64,000 bases of DNA from the IMG/VR virus record IMGVR_UViG_3300036939_000082, positions 32,001 through 96,000 of that record, one strand, 5' to 3'. Origin of the DNA: a virus. The position numbers and the translations under genes are program-made. Below, piece by piece: positions 63,443-64,000 of the stretch. How positions within the stretch are numbered: position 1 is the stretch's first letter; each line of letters begins with the position of its first letter. The notes beneath the pieces are model-generated. The model saw only the letters and a list, made by a program, of their open reading frames with translations, ran no database searches and was not told where the DNA came from.

Positions 63443-64000
63443 TTATTCTCCCCAAATAATTGCTTCCTGTATTCGATTCATTGCTTCAATTACAGCATCA
63501 AAATTTACGACTTCAATTCCTGACTCAGTTACTTCATTGCATTCTAACTGAAACACGCTAACTTCTATTTGTTTAGTGTTGTAAGCTTTGACTCTATTTG
63601 GACAAATGAACTCCGAACAGTCGTAACCTTCTTTTTTTGCAAGTTTCATTAGATAAGCAGTAGTAACACTAAACATAATCAGCGTATTAAGTTCTTTTAC
63701 TATATAATCGCTGTTTGTTGCTACTACTACTTTTACTCCTAGATTTACAATTTTTGCAATAAGCCGAGCCATTCTTCGTTGGTTTTCTGGATGCAGTCCC
63801 AATTCAGGGGTATCTAATATAAGAATAAAATCAGTGCTACCAAAAGGTTCTTTGAATTGAAAAGCTAATTCAAAAAAGTCTTGCGCCCTTTTAGCCTCCA
63901 AGCATTTAGAACCTTTTACGGATGTACCGATCGCGCGAATTAGCGAAGATTTTCCAGTACCGTTCGACCCACAGACAACCGTAAGATCTCCTAACTCTAT
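63443..64000 (-). CDS. Miniaturised, degenerate AAA_15/AAA_21-type ABC ATPase (5' end off the window)
   Basis: Frame open to the edge: LTVVCGSNGTGKS (Walker A), ~44 aa, ILILDTPELGLHPENQ (Walker B, E to T), VATNS (H-loop, H to N). Confidence 0.75.
   Translation of the reverse strand: MELGDLTVVCGSNGTGKSSLIRAIGTSVKGSKCLEAKRAQDFFELAFQFKEPFGSTDFILILDTPELGLHPENQRRMARLIAKIVNLGVKVVVATNSDYIVKELNTLIMFSVTTAYLMKLAKKEGYDCSEFICPNRVKAYNTKQIEVSVFQLECNEVTESGIEVVNFDAVIEAMNRIQEAIIWGE

Larger units (their letters stand above)
1..64000. mobile_element. Segment of a large myovirus-like temperate cyanophage / phage-plasmid
   Basis: Portal, protease, capsid, sheath, tube, baseplate, lysins and a phage replication initiator are present; no host core genes; HIP1-rich sequence. 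Confidence 0.92.

Noticed and set aside
63443-64000. ATPase as the missing DndD
   Set aside because: Far too short, lacks the SMC-like coiled coil, has altered catalytic residues and lies 44 kb from dndC.
1-64000. Integrase, att sites, partition genes or terminase
   Set aside because: None recognisable in the window, so integrated prophage versus plasmid-like state cannot be settled here.

Overview
The whole 64 kb reads as an internal segment of a large contractile-tailed (myovirus-like) temperate cyanophage or phage-plasmid. No host housekeeping genes are visible. The sequence is rich in GCGATCGC (HIP1) and related CGATCG sites, which suggests a filamentous, Oscillatoriales/Microcoleus-like host (inference). 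Morphogenesis genes present: portal, protease/scaffold, major capsid, neck and head-tail genes, a 1000-aa sheath, tube, a baseplate wedge-like protein, fibres and two lysins. Terminase, tape measure and integrase are not in the window. The left half carries: (1) a replication initiator with an apparent antisense-RNA control region; (2) a BstA-like abortive-infection gene; (3) a DNA-modification island with full-length DndC, a second short DndC-like protein, ASCH, an SF2 helicase, DUF488, DUF5131, two C5 methyltransferases and an HNH nuclease; (4) a clear homologue of the cyanobacterial circadian regulator Pex. Accessory genes sit in repeated promoter-ORF-terminator cassettes, including three LRR paralogues. 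Other oddities are a truncated capsid paralogue, a tRNA-like RNA, TnpB-less IS605 omega-RNA-like remnants, a miniaturised degenerate ABC-ATPase and several tandem duplications that leave 3' gene remnants. All family assignments come from motif recognition by eye, not database searches.
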